From Eledone cirrhosa (lineage: Eukaryota), in the NCBI GenBank assembly GCA_964016885.1, contig OZ024761.1, forward strand, positions 2,666,001 to 2,730,000: 64,000 bases of DNA. Reading direction: 5' to 3'. Positions 23,335 through 37,172 of this stretch are shown here, piece after piece (positions within the stretch are counted from its first letter, which is position 1; each line of letters opens with the position of its first letter). The translations under genes were made by a program, and so were the position numbers. The notes beneath the pieces were generated by a model. That model made no database searches. It was given only the letters and a program-made list of their open reading frames with translations, and was not told the DNA's origin.

Positions 23335-26300
23335 TTCGTCTACAGCGTGATAATGCCACACAAAAATCACGTGGAGTGACGAAATCACCGGAGGTGATGA
23401 AATCACGGGTGGTTATGTAACCATACATTCGCCAATCCTCGATAAGAGTGTTTAAATGTCGAACCTAAACAGTTCGAATAACGGTGAAATGGAGACTAGA
23501 ATGTCATGTGACAGACTCTCACCCAATAGGTGCTCCCTGGCTCAGCAGAAGGGAACTGGCTGTCAACCAAATACTGCTGGTGTTGGAGGAAGAAGAAGAA
23601 GGAAAGGGACCAGAACCAACTGGACGAAAGAATTGAATAGAACTGTTATGCAATGTTACCTGAAGAGTAACCCCAAGGAGAAAGGCTATAGGAAACGGAT
23701 GCATAACATCTGGAACGAGATTGGTCTATTTAAATTAGATGAACAAAAATTGGCCGGGCAGGCTCGGGTAATAAGAACTAATAGGTGGATAAGCGAGCTG
23801 GAACTGGAGGAACTGAGCAGAGAGATGAGCTTGGAGATGGAGAGTGGAGTATGCCAGGAAAACGAGCCAGTGGGAAATGAAGGTGAAGAGGTCGAGAGAA
23901 CGGAGGAACCACCCGAAGCAGACAATGATCTGAATGCTGAGATAAATAATACCTGGAACAGAGATACGGCCACTGAAGAGATGAATACTGACGGGCTAGG
24001 ACAAGATTTGGTTGATATCCTAAACTTAGTTGTAGATTAATTGAACAATGATAGTGGGAAACCTATGAACCTAAGATTTGTAGACAGGAAAAAGTTAAAA
24101 GAAACAACAGCTAAGGTAAACAAAGTCATCCCATACCTTGAGGCGAGGAGCCTTCACCAGTGCAACAATATCCTCAAAGAAACAGCAAATACGGTGAGGA
24201 AACTACTTGGTATAAAAGCGAGAGGAAACAACAAACAAGAAAGATCAGAGCCTTGGTGGAAGAAACGACTGAGTGGTCAAATCAGAGAAATGAGAAATGA
24301 CATTGGAAAGCTTGAGTCCCTACTGAATGGGACACTAAAAAACATAGACACTAAAAATAGACTGGAAATAAAGTACAAAACTAGGAGGAAAAAGCTAAAT
24401 ATTATCATAGAGGAACTGAAGCAACGCATTGTAGCAAAGAGTGCAAAAATCAGGCGATACGAGAACAGAGTCAGTCAGTATAGACAGAACCGCATGTTCG
24501 ACAACAACCAGAAGATGCTGTTTGGACAGCTTGAAGGGAAAGAAAGAGGCAACGACTTGATCCCTGAGGCGGAACAAACTAAAACATTCTGGAGAGGAAT
24601 ATGGGAGCAGGATGTTAGACATAATGACCAGGCAGTGTGGATTGAGACAGTACAGAAGGAGATTAGTGAACAGGCACACCAACAAACTGATTTGAGTATC
24701 ACAGTTGAAACTCTTAAGGGGCAGGCCAAAAAACTAACCAACTGGAAATCACCAGGCCCAGATGGTGTGCAGGGTATTGGATTAAAAATATAACATCCCT
24801 CCACCCGAAACTGACAACCATGTTCAATGACTACTTGATGTCAGGTGAGGTACCAGAGTGGTTGACAAAAGGTACCACAGTTCTGATAATGAAAGACCGA
24901 ATCAAGGGTAATGATGTTACCAACTATAGAGCTATCACATGTCTGTCCGTAATGTGGAAACTGTTGATAAGCATTATGTCTGAGGAAATCTACCATCACC
25001 TCCACACAAACAACTTGTTACCGGACGAACAGAAAGGATGCCGAAAGAAGACACGTGGTACAAAGGACCAGTTACTTATTGATAAGATGGTAATGAGGAA
25101 TTGCAAGAGGAGACACACTGGTCTTGCCATGGGATGGATAGACTACAAAAAGGCATTTGACATGGTGCCTCATTCTTGGATCACCAAAAGCCTGGAGATC
25201 TTCAGGGTGGCAGATAACATCAGACAGTTGTTGGGCAAAAGTATGAAGTCCTGGGAAACAGAGTTAACATCAACTGGAGAATCCTTGGGAAGCGTGAAGA
25301 TCAAGAGAGGTATCTTCCAGTGAGATAGTCTGTCTCCTCTGTTGTTTGTCTTTGCCTTGATGCCCCTGACCAGTGTACTGCGAAAAGTGAGAGCAGGATA
25401 CAAGTTGGGAAAGGGAGAGCTTACCATCAATCACCTCCTCTTCATGGACGATCTTAAGCTCTTCGGGAAGAGTAAGAAAGAGTTGGATGTGCTTGTTGAC
25501 ACTGTCCGTATTTTCAGCAATGATATATGTATGGAATTTGGTATTAGTAAGTGTTGAGTCCTTGTGATGAGGAGGGGTAAGTTGAGCAGAGGTAACGGAA
25601 TCCAGGTACCAACAGGTGAGATGATAAAGGAAATTGACTCTGAAGAAGGATACAAGTATTTGGGTGTTCTGGAGGCTGATGACACCAAGAACAACAAAAA
25701 TGAAGGAATTGATAAGAACTGAATACATTCGGAGAGTAAGGAGCGTATTAAAGTCACATCTGAACAGTAGGAATGCCATAAGTGCAGTAAATTCCCGAGC
25801 TGTGTCTATTATTAGGTACAGTGCGGGAATTCTGAGATGGAATGTTGCTGAAGAAAAAGAAATGGATAGGAAGACTAGGAAGCTATTGACTATCTACAAC
25901 ATGTTCCACAAGAGGAGTGATGTCGATAGACTCTACTTAAGGAGATCTAAAGGTGGAAGAGGTCTTATCAGCATAGAGGACTGTGTTCAGATGGAGAAAA
26001 ACAACCTACACAAATACGTGACTGATATTAAGGAGCCAATGCTCAGAACTGTACTGAAGGAGGGGACAATAGACCAGGGGATGTCCAAGGAGGAAATAAC
26101 ATCAAGGAGAAAGAGCAGCCTTCAGGAAAAATTCCTTCATAGTACCTTCTTTGAGAAAACTGAATTCAGAGATCCACAGACATGGAACTGGTTGAAAAGA
26201 GGAGACCTTAAAAAGGCTACAGAAGGAATGTTAATGGCTGCGCAAGAGCAGGCCCTCAAAACAAAGTGGTTGAAACACCATATTTACAAGGAGGAGGCTA

Positions 26301-26975
26301 GCCCACTGTGCAGGATCTGTGGAGAGAGAGAGGAGACTGTGGCTCACATTGTATCCGAGTGTAAACACCTAGCCCAGACTTACTATAAGGGCTGGAGACA
26401 TGATGTGATGGGCGGGGTGATCCACTGGCACCTATGCAAAGTAAACAATTTACCACATTCTGAGAAGTGGTATGAGCATAAGCCAGAGTCGGTGATAGAA
26501 AACGATCAGGTGAAGGTGCTGTGGGATTTTAGGATACAGACGGACAAGAAACTGGAACACAATAGACCTGACCTGGTGGTTTTGGACAAAGAAAAAAGAT
26601 CGTGCCTGATTGTGGATGTGGCTTGCCCATTCGACACGAGAGTGCAAGAGTAGGAGAGGGAGAAAATTAACCGATACCAGGTCTTAAAGTGGGAGGTAAA
26701 AAGGATTTGGAACTGCTATGAAGTCAGAGTCGTCCCGATTGTCATATTCGCACTAGGTACTATCTCAAAGAGTTTCCAGGGATGGTTAAAGCAAATTAGT
26801 CCAGCCCCGCTTTTTGGAACTCTTCAAAAGGCATACTTGCTGGGAACAGCAAGAACCCTCCGATACGCCCTGAATATCTGAGGCTGCAGGTAGTGGCTTG
26901 ATATTCATTTCAACAAACTTTCCAGTTAACTAACATCAATGACTGAGACTCAAAGAACATGAATAATAATAATAA
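23335..26975 (+). mobile_element. Near full-length R4/Dong-like RLE LINE with several stops and frameshifts
   Basis: ORF pieces 23456-26880: NWKSPGPDG, NYRAITCL, EQKGC, IDYKKAFD, RGIFQ*DSLSPL, LFMDD, CRICGEREETVAHIVSEC, RHD, RPDLV..DVACPFD; (TAA)n tail. Confidence 0.93.
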
Positions 26976-27523
26976 TCTATATATATAAAACTGTGGTTGT
27001 CTGTCTGTCTATCGATTTTCGGCACACATCTCCTCTTAGAATCTCTCACGGAATTGCACCGAAATTGCTATACTTGTACATTGAGCCCTAGCGAAGACAT
27101 CGGAAAAAAAAAAATTTCAAATTCACCCACCCTATGTGACGAAATCGAATATAATGTATCGATTTTTGAGCGTAAGTGATCAGTTATTTCCCTTTGTTCT
27201 GTTTACATTGAGCGTCTGCGTGCAAAAATTAAAAAAATTACGCTGGCTTTCTCAGCGTTTAAAATGACATTAACACAATACATTTCCATTTAAAAGCCTT
27301 TTAAAACAATATTTTTACTTGAAAACAAGTCTATTTAAAGACTACGTAAAACAAGCAAATATTTCGTTAAAAAAAGCAAAAATTATATAAGTTTATTTAA
27401 AATATATGTATCTGTAAATTTCGTTAGGCGTGCAGACAGACTTTAAGCCAAAAAAGAAACTTAACATTGTAACTTTAACACAGCTACTGAGCGACCCCGA
27501 GCAACGCCGGGCTTTACTGCTAG
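26976..27523 (+). mobile_element. Non-autonomous Helitron
   Basis: 5' TC(tatatatataaaa), subterminal hairpin ccc(cgagcaacgcc)ggg, 3' CTAG; inserted at A|T within the Dong (TAA)n tail with no TSD. Confidence 0.8.
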
Positions 27524-27779
27524 TAATATATATATATATAGTGGTAAATTTGTTTTCGTTCTTTCTACAATTCTTCCCCGATGACGCAGCAAGTAATTGG
27601 AGACAAAGTGGCCTGGGTGTTGTCCAGAGGAAGGGCAATTGTATTTGTAGGCAAACTCGGAACGTAAAAAGCCAAAACAAGTGCTTGAAAGCATTTTGTC
27701 CAAAGTTGAACACCCTAGCAATTCTGCCAAGCAACCTTCCTCAATTATTCATTCTTTTGTATCGAACCTGAAAAGATAA

Positions 27780-27900
27780 AATAATGAAAGGCAACACCTA
27801 ACTTCTGTGGGATTTGAAATCAGAACATAGAGAGACGGAACAAATGACAGCAAGAAACTTGCTCACACACTACTCTCTAACGTTTTTACCAATTCATCGC
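27780..27900 (-). mobile_element. Degenerate tRNA-derived SINE fragment
   Basis: atgaaaggcaa..ggatttgaaatcagaac is the reverse complement of the SINE B-box/core seen at 51270-51320. Confidence 0.55.
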
Positions 27901-28747
27901 TCTTTATGAAAGAGAAGTAGAAAAGAAGTAACAAGAAAACCGAAGAGAGATGTCCTCCCCTCCCCCACAGACGCAATTTAATCACTGGTATCAATAAAAG
28001 GAATAAAAAAACTAAGTCCGCTTAGTTTGTCCATGTCTATTGAAAGGAAAATCTATTTTTCTACAAATTAATTGGGCAGAATGAAATCCTTCTGTTGATT
28101 TCACGAGGCAGCTGAGGAATTATGGCAACTAAATCTACTCAAATAGGTTTCTCAGCTAAAAGCTTCCAGAACATCTCGTTTTTTTTTTTTCGTTTTGTTT
28201 CGTCTTTTTTTGTTTGTGGTATGATACAAACTATTTACTGATAATAACTCTGTTACATCTCCTGTAATTTCATTTGATTAAAAAACAGCAACAAGAAAAT
28301 AAAAAAAACAACTAAAACAGTCAGAAGCTGCAATAGATTATAATAGCAAAACGATGAGAAGAAAATTAAAGAAAAACACTAATTTCGTTGTAACCATGAC
28401 CGCCATGATCATGACGATCGTATCACAATTTACAATTATCTCTATATACGTATAACTAATTGGACAAAATGTGTTTCTAGGAAATATATGTAATTTAAAG
28501 CAATTTAGCAACATAATTTCAGGAATCTCCGCAGAGAGGTCAGTGAAACAACGACTTAACAAATCAAACATGGTCGACAATACCATTAACAGTTATCGGT
28601 TGAAATACACAGCATGTCTCAAATAACTAAATGTCAGCAGAACTGGACCCAGGAGTCATAACATGGATGTGGCCCGGCCCCCTTAGAGTGTAACAAGTTA
28701 AGTACCGAAACAAGTGTGTTTGTGTGTGTGTGTGTCTGGGAGGGAGG

Positions 28748-31700
28748 TTCTCTAAAGATCTTCTGCTGTCCAGCTCTCCTGAGAGTTTCTTCTCTGAAGA
28801 CCTTCTGCTGTCCAGCTCTCCTGAGAGTTTCTTCTCTGAAGACCTTCTGCTGTCCAGCTCTGCTGAGAGTTTCTTACCTGAAGACCTTCTGCTGTCCAGC
28901 TCACCTGAGAGTTTCTTACCTGAAGACCTTCTGCTGTCCAGCTCTCCTGGGGGTTTCTTCTCTTTATACCTTCTGCTGTCCAGCTCACCTGAGAGTTTCT
29001 TACCTGAAGACTTCTGCTGTCCAGCTCTCCTGAGAGTTTCTTACCTGAAGACCTTCTGCTGTCCAGCTCACCTGAGAGTTTCTTCTCTGAAGACTTCTGC
29101 TGTCCAGCTCTCCTGAGAGTGTCTTACCTGAAGACCTTCTGCTGTCCAGCTCACCTGAGAGTTTCTTCTCTGAAGACTTCTGCTGTCCAGCTCTCCTGAG
29201 AGTGTCTTACCTGAAGACCTTCTGCTGTCCAGCTCACCTGAGAGTTTCTTCTCTGAAGACCTTCTGCTGTCCAGCTCTCCTGAGAGTTTCTTCTCTGAAG
29301 ACCTTCTGCTATCCAGCTCTCCTGAGAGTTTCTTACCTGAAGACCTTCTGTTATCCAGCTCTCCTGAGAGTTTCTTACCTGAAGACCTTCTGCTGTCCAG
29401 CTCTCCTGAGAGTTTCTTACCAGAAGACCTTCTGCTGTCCAGCTCTCCTGAGAGTTTCTTCTGTGAAGACCTTCTGCTGTCCAGCTCACCTGAGAGTTTC
29501 TTACCTGAATACCTTCTGCTGTCCAGCTCTCCTGAGAGTTTCTTATCCGAAGACCTTCTGCTGTCCAGCTCACCTGAGAGTTTCTTACCTGAAGACCTTC
29601 TGCTGTCCAGCTCTCCTGAGAGTTTCTTACCCGAAGACCTTCGACTGTCCAGCTAACCTGAGAGTTTCTTCTCTGAAAACCTTCGACTGTCCAGCTCTCC
29701 TGAGAGTTTCTTACCTGAAGACCTTCTGCTGTCCAGCTCTCCTGAGAGTTTCTTCTCTGAAAACCTTCGACTGTCCAGCTATCCTGAGAGTTTCTTACCT
29801 GAAGACCTTCTACTGTCCAGCTCTCCTGAGATTTTCTTACCTGAAGACCTTCTGCTGTCCAGCTCTCCTGAGAGTTTCTTCTGTGAAGACCTTCTGCTGT
29901 CCAGCTCACCTGAGAGTTTCTTCTGTGAAGACCTTCGACTGTCCAGCACTCCTGAGAGTTTCTTCTATGAAGACCTTCTGCTGTCCAGCTCTCCTGAGAG
30001 TTTCTTACCTGAAGACCTTCTGCTGTCCAGCTCTCCTGAGAGTTTCTTCTCTGAAGACCTTCTGCTGTCCAGCTCTCCTGAGAATGTCTTCTCTGAAGAC
30101 CTTCGACTGTCCAGCTCTCCTGAGAGTTTCTTCTCTGAAGACCTGCTGTCCAACTCTCCTGTGAGTTTCTTCTCTGAAGACCTTCTGCTGTGCAGCTCTC
30201 CTGAGAGTTTCTTCGCTGAAGACCTTCGACTGTCCAGCTCACCTGAGAGTTTCTTACCTGAAGACCTTCTACTGTCCAGCTCTCTTGAGAGTTTCTTCTC
30301 TGAAGACCTTCTGCTGTGCAGCTCTCCTGAGAGTTTCTTCGCTGAAGACCTTCGACTGTCCAGCTCACCTGAGAGTTTCTTACCTGAAGACCTTCTACTG
30401 TCCAGCTCACTTGAGAGTTTCTTCTCTGAAGACCTTCTGCTGTCCAGCTCTCCTGAGAGTTTCTTACCTGAAGACCTTCTGCTGTCCAGCTCTCCAGAGA
30501 GTTTCTTCACTGAAGACCTTCTGCTGTCCAGCTCTCCTGAGAGTTTCTTACCTGAAGACCTTCTGGTGTCCAGCTCACCTGAGAGTTTCTTACCTGAAGA
30601 CCTTCTGCTGTCCAGCTCTCCTGAGAGTGTCTTCTCTGAAGACCTTCTGCTGTCCAGCTCTCCTGAGAGTTTCTTCTCTGAAGACCTGCTGCTGCCCAAC
30701 TCTCCTGAGAGTTTTTTCTCTGTACAGCTCACCTGGTAGTTTCTTCTCTGAAGACCTTCTGCTGTCCAGCTCTCCTGAGAGTTTCTTACCTGAAGACATT
30801 CTGCTGTCCAGCTCTCCTGAGAGTTTCTTCTCTGAAGACCTTCTGCTGTCCTGAGAGTTTCTTCTCTGAAAACCTTCGACTGTCCAGCTCTCCCGAGAGT
30901 TTCTTACCTGAAGACCTTCTGCTGTCCAGCTCTCCTGAGAGTTTCTTACCTGAAGACCTTCTGCTGTCCAGCTCACCTGAGAGTTTCTTACCTGAAGACC
31001 TTCTGGTGTCCAGCTCTCCTGAGAGTTTCTTACCTGAAGACCTTCTGCTGTCCAGCTCTCCAGAGAGTTTCTTCTCTGAAGACCTTCTGCTGTCCAGCTC
31101 TCCTGAGAGTTTCTTACCTGAAGACCTTCTGCTGTCCAGCTCACCTGAGAGTTTCTTACCTGAAGACCTTCTGCTGTCCAGCTCTTCTTAGAGTTTCTTC
31201 TCTGAAGACCTTCGACTGTCCAGCTCACCTGAGAGTTTCTTACCTGAAGACCTTCTGCTGTCCAGCTCTCCTTAGAGTTTCTTCTCTGAAGACCTTCGAC
31301 TGTCCAGCTCACCTGCAAGTTTCTTACCTGAAGACCTTCTGCTGTCCAGCTCTCCTGAGAGTTTCTTCTCAGAAAACGTTCGACTGTCCAGCTCTCCTGA
31401 GAGTTTCGTACCTGAAGACCTTCTACTGTCCAGCTCTTCTGAGAGTTCCTGGTCTGAAGAATTACTGTCCAGCTCTCCTGAGAGTTTTTTCTCTGAAGAC
31501 TTTCTGCTGTAGATCTCTCCTGAGAGTTTCTTCTCTGAAGACCTTCTGCTGTCCAGCTCTCCTGAGAGTTTCTTCTCTGAAGACCTTCTGCTATCCAGCT
31601 CTCCTGAGAGTTTCTTACCTGAAGACCTTCTGTTATCCAGCTCTCCTGAGAGTTTCTTACCTGAAGACCTTCTGCTGTCCAGCTCTCCTGAGAGTTTCTT

Positions 31701-32765
31701 ACCAGAAGACCTTCTGCTGTCCAGCTCTCCTGAGAGTTTCTTCTGTGAAGACCTTCTGCTGTCCAGCTCACCTGAGAGTTTCTTACCTGAATACCTTCTG
31801 CTGTCCAGCTCTCCTGAGAGTTTCTTATCCGAAGACCTTCTGCTGTCCAGCTCACCTGAGAGTTTCTTACCTGAAGACCTTCTGCTGTCCAGCTCTCCTG
31901 AGAGTTTCTTACCCGAAGACCTTCGACTGTCCAGCTAACCTGAGAGTTTCTTCTCTGAAAACCTTCGACTGTCCAGCTCTCCTGAGAGTTTCTTACCTGA
32001 AGACCTTCTGCTGTCCAGCTCTCCTGAGAGTTTCTTCTCTGAAAACCTTCGACTGTCCAGCTATCCTGAGAGTTTCTTACCTGAAGACCTTCTACTGTCC
32101 AGCTCTCCTGAGATTTTCTTACCTGAAGACCTTCTGCTGTCCAGCTCTCCTGAGAGTTTCTTCTGTGAAGACCTTCTGCTGTCCAGCTCACCTGAGAGTT
32201 TCTTCTGTGAAGACCTTCGACTGTCCAGCACTCCTGAGAGTTTCTTCTATGAAGACCTTCTGCTGTCCAGCTCTCCTGAGAGTTTCTTACCTGAAGACCT
32301 TCTGCTGTCCAGCTCTCCTGAGAGTTTCTTCTCTGAAGACCTTCTGCTGTCCAGCTCTCCTGAGAATGTCTTCTCTGAAGACCTTCGACTGTCCAGCTCT
32401 CCTGAGAGTTTCTTCTCTGAAGACCTGCTGTCCAACTCTCCTGTGAGTTTCTTCTCTGAAGACCTTCTGCTGTGCAGCTCTCCTGAGAGTTTCTTCGCTG
32501 AAGACCTTCGACTGTCCAGCTCACCTGAGAGTTTCTTACCTGAAGACCTTCTACTGTCCAGCTCTCTTGAGAGTTTCTTCTCTGAAGACCTTCTGCTGTC
32601 CAGCTCTCCTTAGAGTTTCTTCTCTGAAGACCTTCTGCTGTCCAGCTCTCCTGAGAGTTTCTTCTCTGAAAACCTTCGTCTGTCCAGCTCTCCTGAGAGT
32701 TTCTTACCCGAAGACCTTCTGCTATCCAGCTCACCTGAGAGTTTCTTCTCTGAAGACATTTTGCT
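28748..32765. repeat. 42-bp minisatellite, ~95 copies, with higher-order duplication
   Basis: Unit tgaagaccttctgctgtccagctctcctgagagtttctt(ctc/acc); variant pattern at ~29255-30310 recurs at +2282 bp. Confidence 0.97.
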
Positions 32766-33178
32766 ATGACGAAAGTTAGTAGTTAAATTTATTGACAATC
32801 CTTGAACAACCGAAAAAGAATTATCAATCTATGTACAGCTTGTATAAGGCGAAAGCCAATCTATGAGGTAGCAATCTTAGCCGACATAAGGGTGGGAGAT
32901 TGGCAGAATTTGGAGCATCAGGGAACCATTGCCCTTCCTCATCGCTGGCCTCTGTGTCTAAATAAGAAAGCAATTTTAACAGAAGTAATTTTATTTTAGT
33001 AGAACATCGTGTGAAATGGCAAAAATGTCATTGCGGTATTTTTCTGGCTCTGTAAGTTATATATATATATATATATATAAATGAATTAATTCCGTCGGAA
33101 AAGTCCAGGAAAAAAGAGTGCTCTATGTAGGTAACAGAGCTTAATAGTTATGTAATAAACAACATAAGGCAAATATTC

Positions 33179-33232
33179 CATTCACCAGTGGTTTCTTAAA
33201 AGCAAAAGATTTTGCTTTCCATCCTCAGAATG
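33179..33232 (-). ncRNA. Hammerhead (cleavage site UG, likely inactive)
   Basis: Minus strand: CAUU-CUGAGGA-..AAAGCAAAA(uc)UUUUGCUUU..-GAAA-CCACUGG-UG-AAUG. Confidence 0.65.
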
Positions 33233-33443
33233 AAAAAATCCTGGTCTGTTTATTGAATTTGGATTTTAAAAACAAAAATGCAATCTATATGAAAGTGAGG
33301 CTGGAGAAAGAAGAAGGAAAGGAAAAATAAAATAAAACTACACATGCAAACACACACACACACACACACAAAAGCATACATACACACTCATATATATATA
33401 TATATAATATAAGATCAAAAGATGGTTAAAGGAGTTCCATATA

Positions 33444-33510
33444 TTTTATTATGCGCATTTCAAAAACAAACATCATCAAGCAATAATATTTGTGTTTTCA
33501 TCAGATAAAA
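33444..33510 (-). ncRNA. Hammerhead ribozyme (same family as 54375-54437)
   Basis: Minus strand: UUUUAU-CUGAUGA-long stem II-GAAA-UGCGCA-UA-AUAAAA. Confidence 0.82.
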
Positions 33511-33593
33511 CAGGAGAACATGATATGAAGGCTAAAAAAACACTTGTTGATAGTGCAGTTTTAAATCAACATATATATATATATATATATATA

Positions 33594-34190
33594 TGGTGGC
33601 TGCCAACTCGTTTTCGAGTACGGCCACTACTTTATATCCATGTAGGAGAACCCCTACCGATGCGCTGAACGAGTGTGACTTTTTAGTCCAGCCAGCGACT
33701 TGAAAACTCTGGTACAAACACTACACTTGTGACAATTACTGACACATAGTGCTGGGCCCATGGTACCATGTGACGACAAGTGCAGAGAGATCTCCAGATA
33801 TAAAGCAATGCCTGTGCCGTGAAGCTTTTATAGTGAGCAAAGGCACTGCACAAAGCCAGTCCCACTCTCTTAACCAAGATGATATTTACCAAAAAGAAGA
33901 ACAAGTCAACATCATTGGATACCATCAGGGTTGCAGGTGTTATATCAGAGTTTTCCTTCTCCTAGAATTCTGCCTTGACAAAGGCTAAGGGGTCATCTCT
34001 CCCGGTGATTTTGGATGGCCATTGACTCTTAAGAGCTCCTTTGCCCTTTGACAGGTTTTGTTTTTAGTCCTGCAGGATGTCCAAAGTCACCCTCCTCACC
34101 AAGAAACCTTGGTGGGGTTGCCAGTTTAGTCGCCAACGACCCGACCATGGGACAGGTTGTACTGGGATACATGTTACCAGTAGCACCAAC
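33594..34190 (-). mobile_element. Bipartite RTE-derived non-autonomous retroelement (copy 2)
   Basis: Near-identical to 4693-5266; flanked by (TA)n. Confidence 0.65.
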
Positions 34191-34432
34191 TATATATATA
34201 TATATACATACATATATATATATATATATATACATACACTCATACATACACACACACATATATACACACATATATGTGTATATAAATACACACATACACA
34301 TACATATACACATATATACATACGCACATAAATATCAACACATCCATACATACACATACATATATACAACCACACACACATCTATACACACATACATACA
34401 TATAGAAACATAAATATATATACATATATATA

Positions 34433-34476
<44 letters not shown>

Positions 34477-34891
34477 AGCATACACATACACAAACATAGC
34501 CATACACACATACATATACATACATACATGCACACAATCATACAATTATACACACGTACATACATACACATACATAAATGCACTCCTCTACATATTCACA
34601 CACGCAAATAAATATAAGAAAAAATATATATATAAAAAAATAAAAATTATTAAAGAGTTGACAGCGATACAAACGGCGGGTAGCTGAACAGACACGCGTG
34701 GTAAGTAATACACACAAATGCACATATTATACATACGTACGAAATAGTAAATACATACACACACTCTCACACATAAATATACATATACAAATACATAAAC
34801 ACATACATACACATACACAAATACATGCACAAACACGCACACACACACGTATACAATTATACACACACATATACACACACATATGTATATG

Positions 34892-34925
<34 letters not shown>

Positions 34926-35007
34926 AATATAAAAATACACACACACACATACATGTATACATACACACACACATATACATACATAGCTATACAATTATAC
35001 ACATACA

Positions 35008-36661
35008 AATTGAAAGCCTAGCTAAGCGTAAAGCATATATTATCCTTAAAGACCATAAATTGGACTTTACTAATCGACCTAGTTGTAGACTGATTAACCC
35101 GGCTAAATCCGAGGTTGGCCTTGCAAGTAAAAAAATCTTAAGAAAAATAATTCTCCAAATTAGAACTAATACTGACCTATCACAGTGGCTAAATACTTCC
35201 TCTGTTATTTCTTTGGTTTAATAATATACAAGGTAAAAATAAGTGTAGATTTACCCAATTTGATATTGTCGATTTTTACCTCTCTATTACTGTTTCCTTA
35301 TTAACTAATGCCTTAGATTTTGCAAGACCCTTCATTAATATTTCTAAATTAGAAGAAGACATTATATTTCATGCTAGAAAAACTTTACTCTTTACTAATG
35401 ATAATATTTGGGTTAAAAAGTCAAACCCTGAAAACTCTTTTGATGTTGCAATGGGTTCATATGACAGTGCGGATGTGTGTGACTTAGTAGGATTATTCCT
35501 TCTCCACACCCTCAAAGAGGAATTTCCGTCCCATAATATCGGTTTATTCCGTGATGACGGATTAGCAGTTTCTCATACCACCAACGGCCATAACCTTGAT
35601 AAATTCCATAAAGATTTAATCAATACTTTTGCTAATGTTAACCTTAAAATCACTATAGATACGAACCTTACTAATGCTAACTTTCTTGATATTAATCTTG
35701 ATCTACTTACCGCCTCTTTTAAACCCTATCATAAACCTAATGAAAATCTGAGGTATATACACAAAGTGTCTTGCCATCCCCCTATAGTTTTTAATAATCT
35801 TATTCCTAACATTAGCCGTAGGATTTCTACCTCATCTTCGTCTATAGATATTTTTAATAAAGCCGCCCCTCATTATAATAAAGCCCTTAAGAACAGCAGT
35901 TTTACATAAAAAATTTCTTATTTACCTACTCCACCCCCCCCCCCCCCCCCACCCCTAAAACTAACCACAATAACAGGAAAAGGAAGATTATTTGGTTCAC
36001 ATCCCCCTTCTCTCTAACTGTCAAAACTAATGTAGGAAGGAAATTCCTTGAACTCTTAGACAAACATTTTCCTCCTAATCATAGATATTATAAGATATTT
36101 AATAGGAACCTAGTTAAGATCAGCTACTCTTGTTGCCCATCTATGAAGTCCAAAATCACCAGTTCAAACCATACGAGAACAAATCCAGGATGCAGTTGCA
36201 GGAAGCCGGATGAATGGCCATTGCAGGGTAAATGTAACACCAAATCTGTTGTTTATGAGGCTAATATAACACCGGTAATCAACAATCAGCCAGCCAGGAG
36301 TGAGCGATATGTCGGTATGACCCAGGACAGGTTTAAAACCAGATTTTACTCACATGTCGCTTCTTTTAAGCACTCCGATAAACGAACATCAACGGCCCTC
36401 GCAAGTAAGGTATGGGAATTCAAGGATAGTAACATCCCGTACTCTATCGATTGGTCTATATTAGACCATTCGAGGGAGTACCAAAGGGGAACAAAGAATT
36501 GCTCTTTGTGTACCACAGAAAAATATAGGATTTTGCTAAACTTGAGAGCCACTTCCGCTTACCTTAACTCAAAGACTGAGATCTTCAGATGCTGTCCTCA
36601 TCTGAAATCGCATCTGATCTGTAACTGGATTGACACTCCTATAATAAATCAACCGCCTTGA
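35008..36661 (+). pseudogene. Penelope-like RT + GIY-YIG, 5'-truncated and frameshifted
   Basis: AYIILKDHK..RLINPAKSEVG, TQFDIVDFY, MGSYDSADVCDLVG, FRDDGL, NFLDI, PYHKP; CSC..WPLQGKC..VVYEA..YVGMTQDRFKTRF..CSLC..CCPH. Confidence 0.92.
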
Positions 36662-36838
36662 ACTCCTTCTCTGCTCTTTACTTCTGCTACGGTTTTTTTA
36701 TTTTGCCGAATCTACGTTCTGTACTCTTGTATATATATTTTTTTCTCCCTTATCTCCCCTTATATTTCACCCTTTCCTATGTCTCCCCCCCCCCATATAT
36801 TCTTTTTGTCTTGCCCTTCACATACCTATGTGTATGTG

Positions 36839-36907
<69 letters not shown>

Positions 36908-37129
36908 GTGTGTATATGTATGTATATGTAGATAGACCAGGTTTTTTTTTTTTTTTTTCATTCTGAAGATCGAAGGAAACATTTTTTTGCTTTTAAGAAA
37001 CCACTGGTGAATGGAATAATTGCCTTATGTTGCTTATTACTTTATTACTTTACTACTATATATATGTATATGTAAGGTTCATATGAATTATCTAAGACTG
37101 AGTTTTACACACACACACATGTATATGTG

Positions 37130-37172
<43 letters not shown>

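Noticed and set aside
23340-23455. HDV-like ribozyme in the Dong 5' UTR
   Set aside because: Hairpins are present but I could not build the nested double pseudoknot
27545-27770. Possible minus-strand exon
   Set aside because: All frames after the putative acceptor stop within a few codons; no recognisable protein
32750-32785. Hammerhead at the end of the 42-bp array (CUGAAGA...GAAA)
   Set aside because: Stems I and III do not pair; likely chance
28716-32798. Long ORFs (up to 714 aa) in the 42-bp array
   Set aside because: Open on both strands and in several frames because the unit length is a multiple of 3; frequent indels
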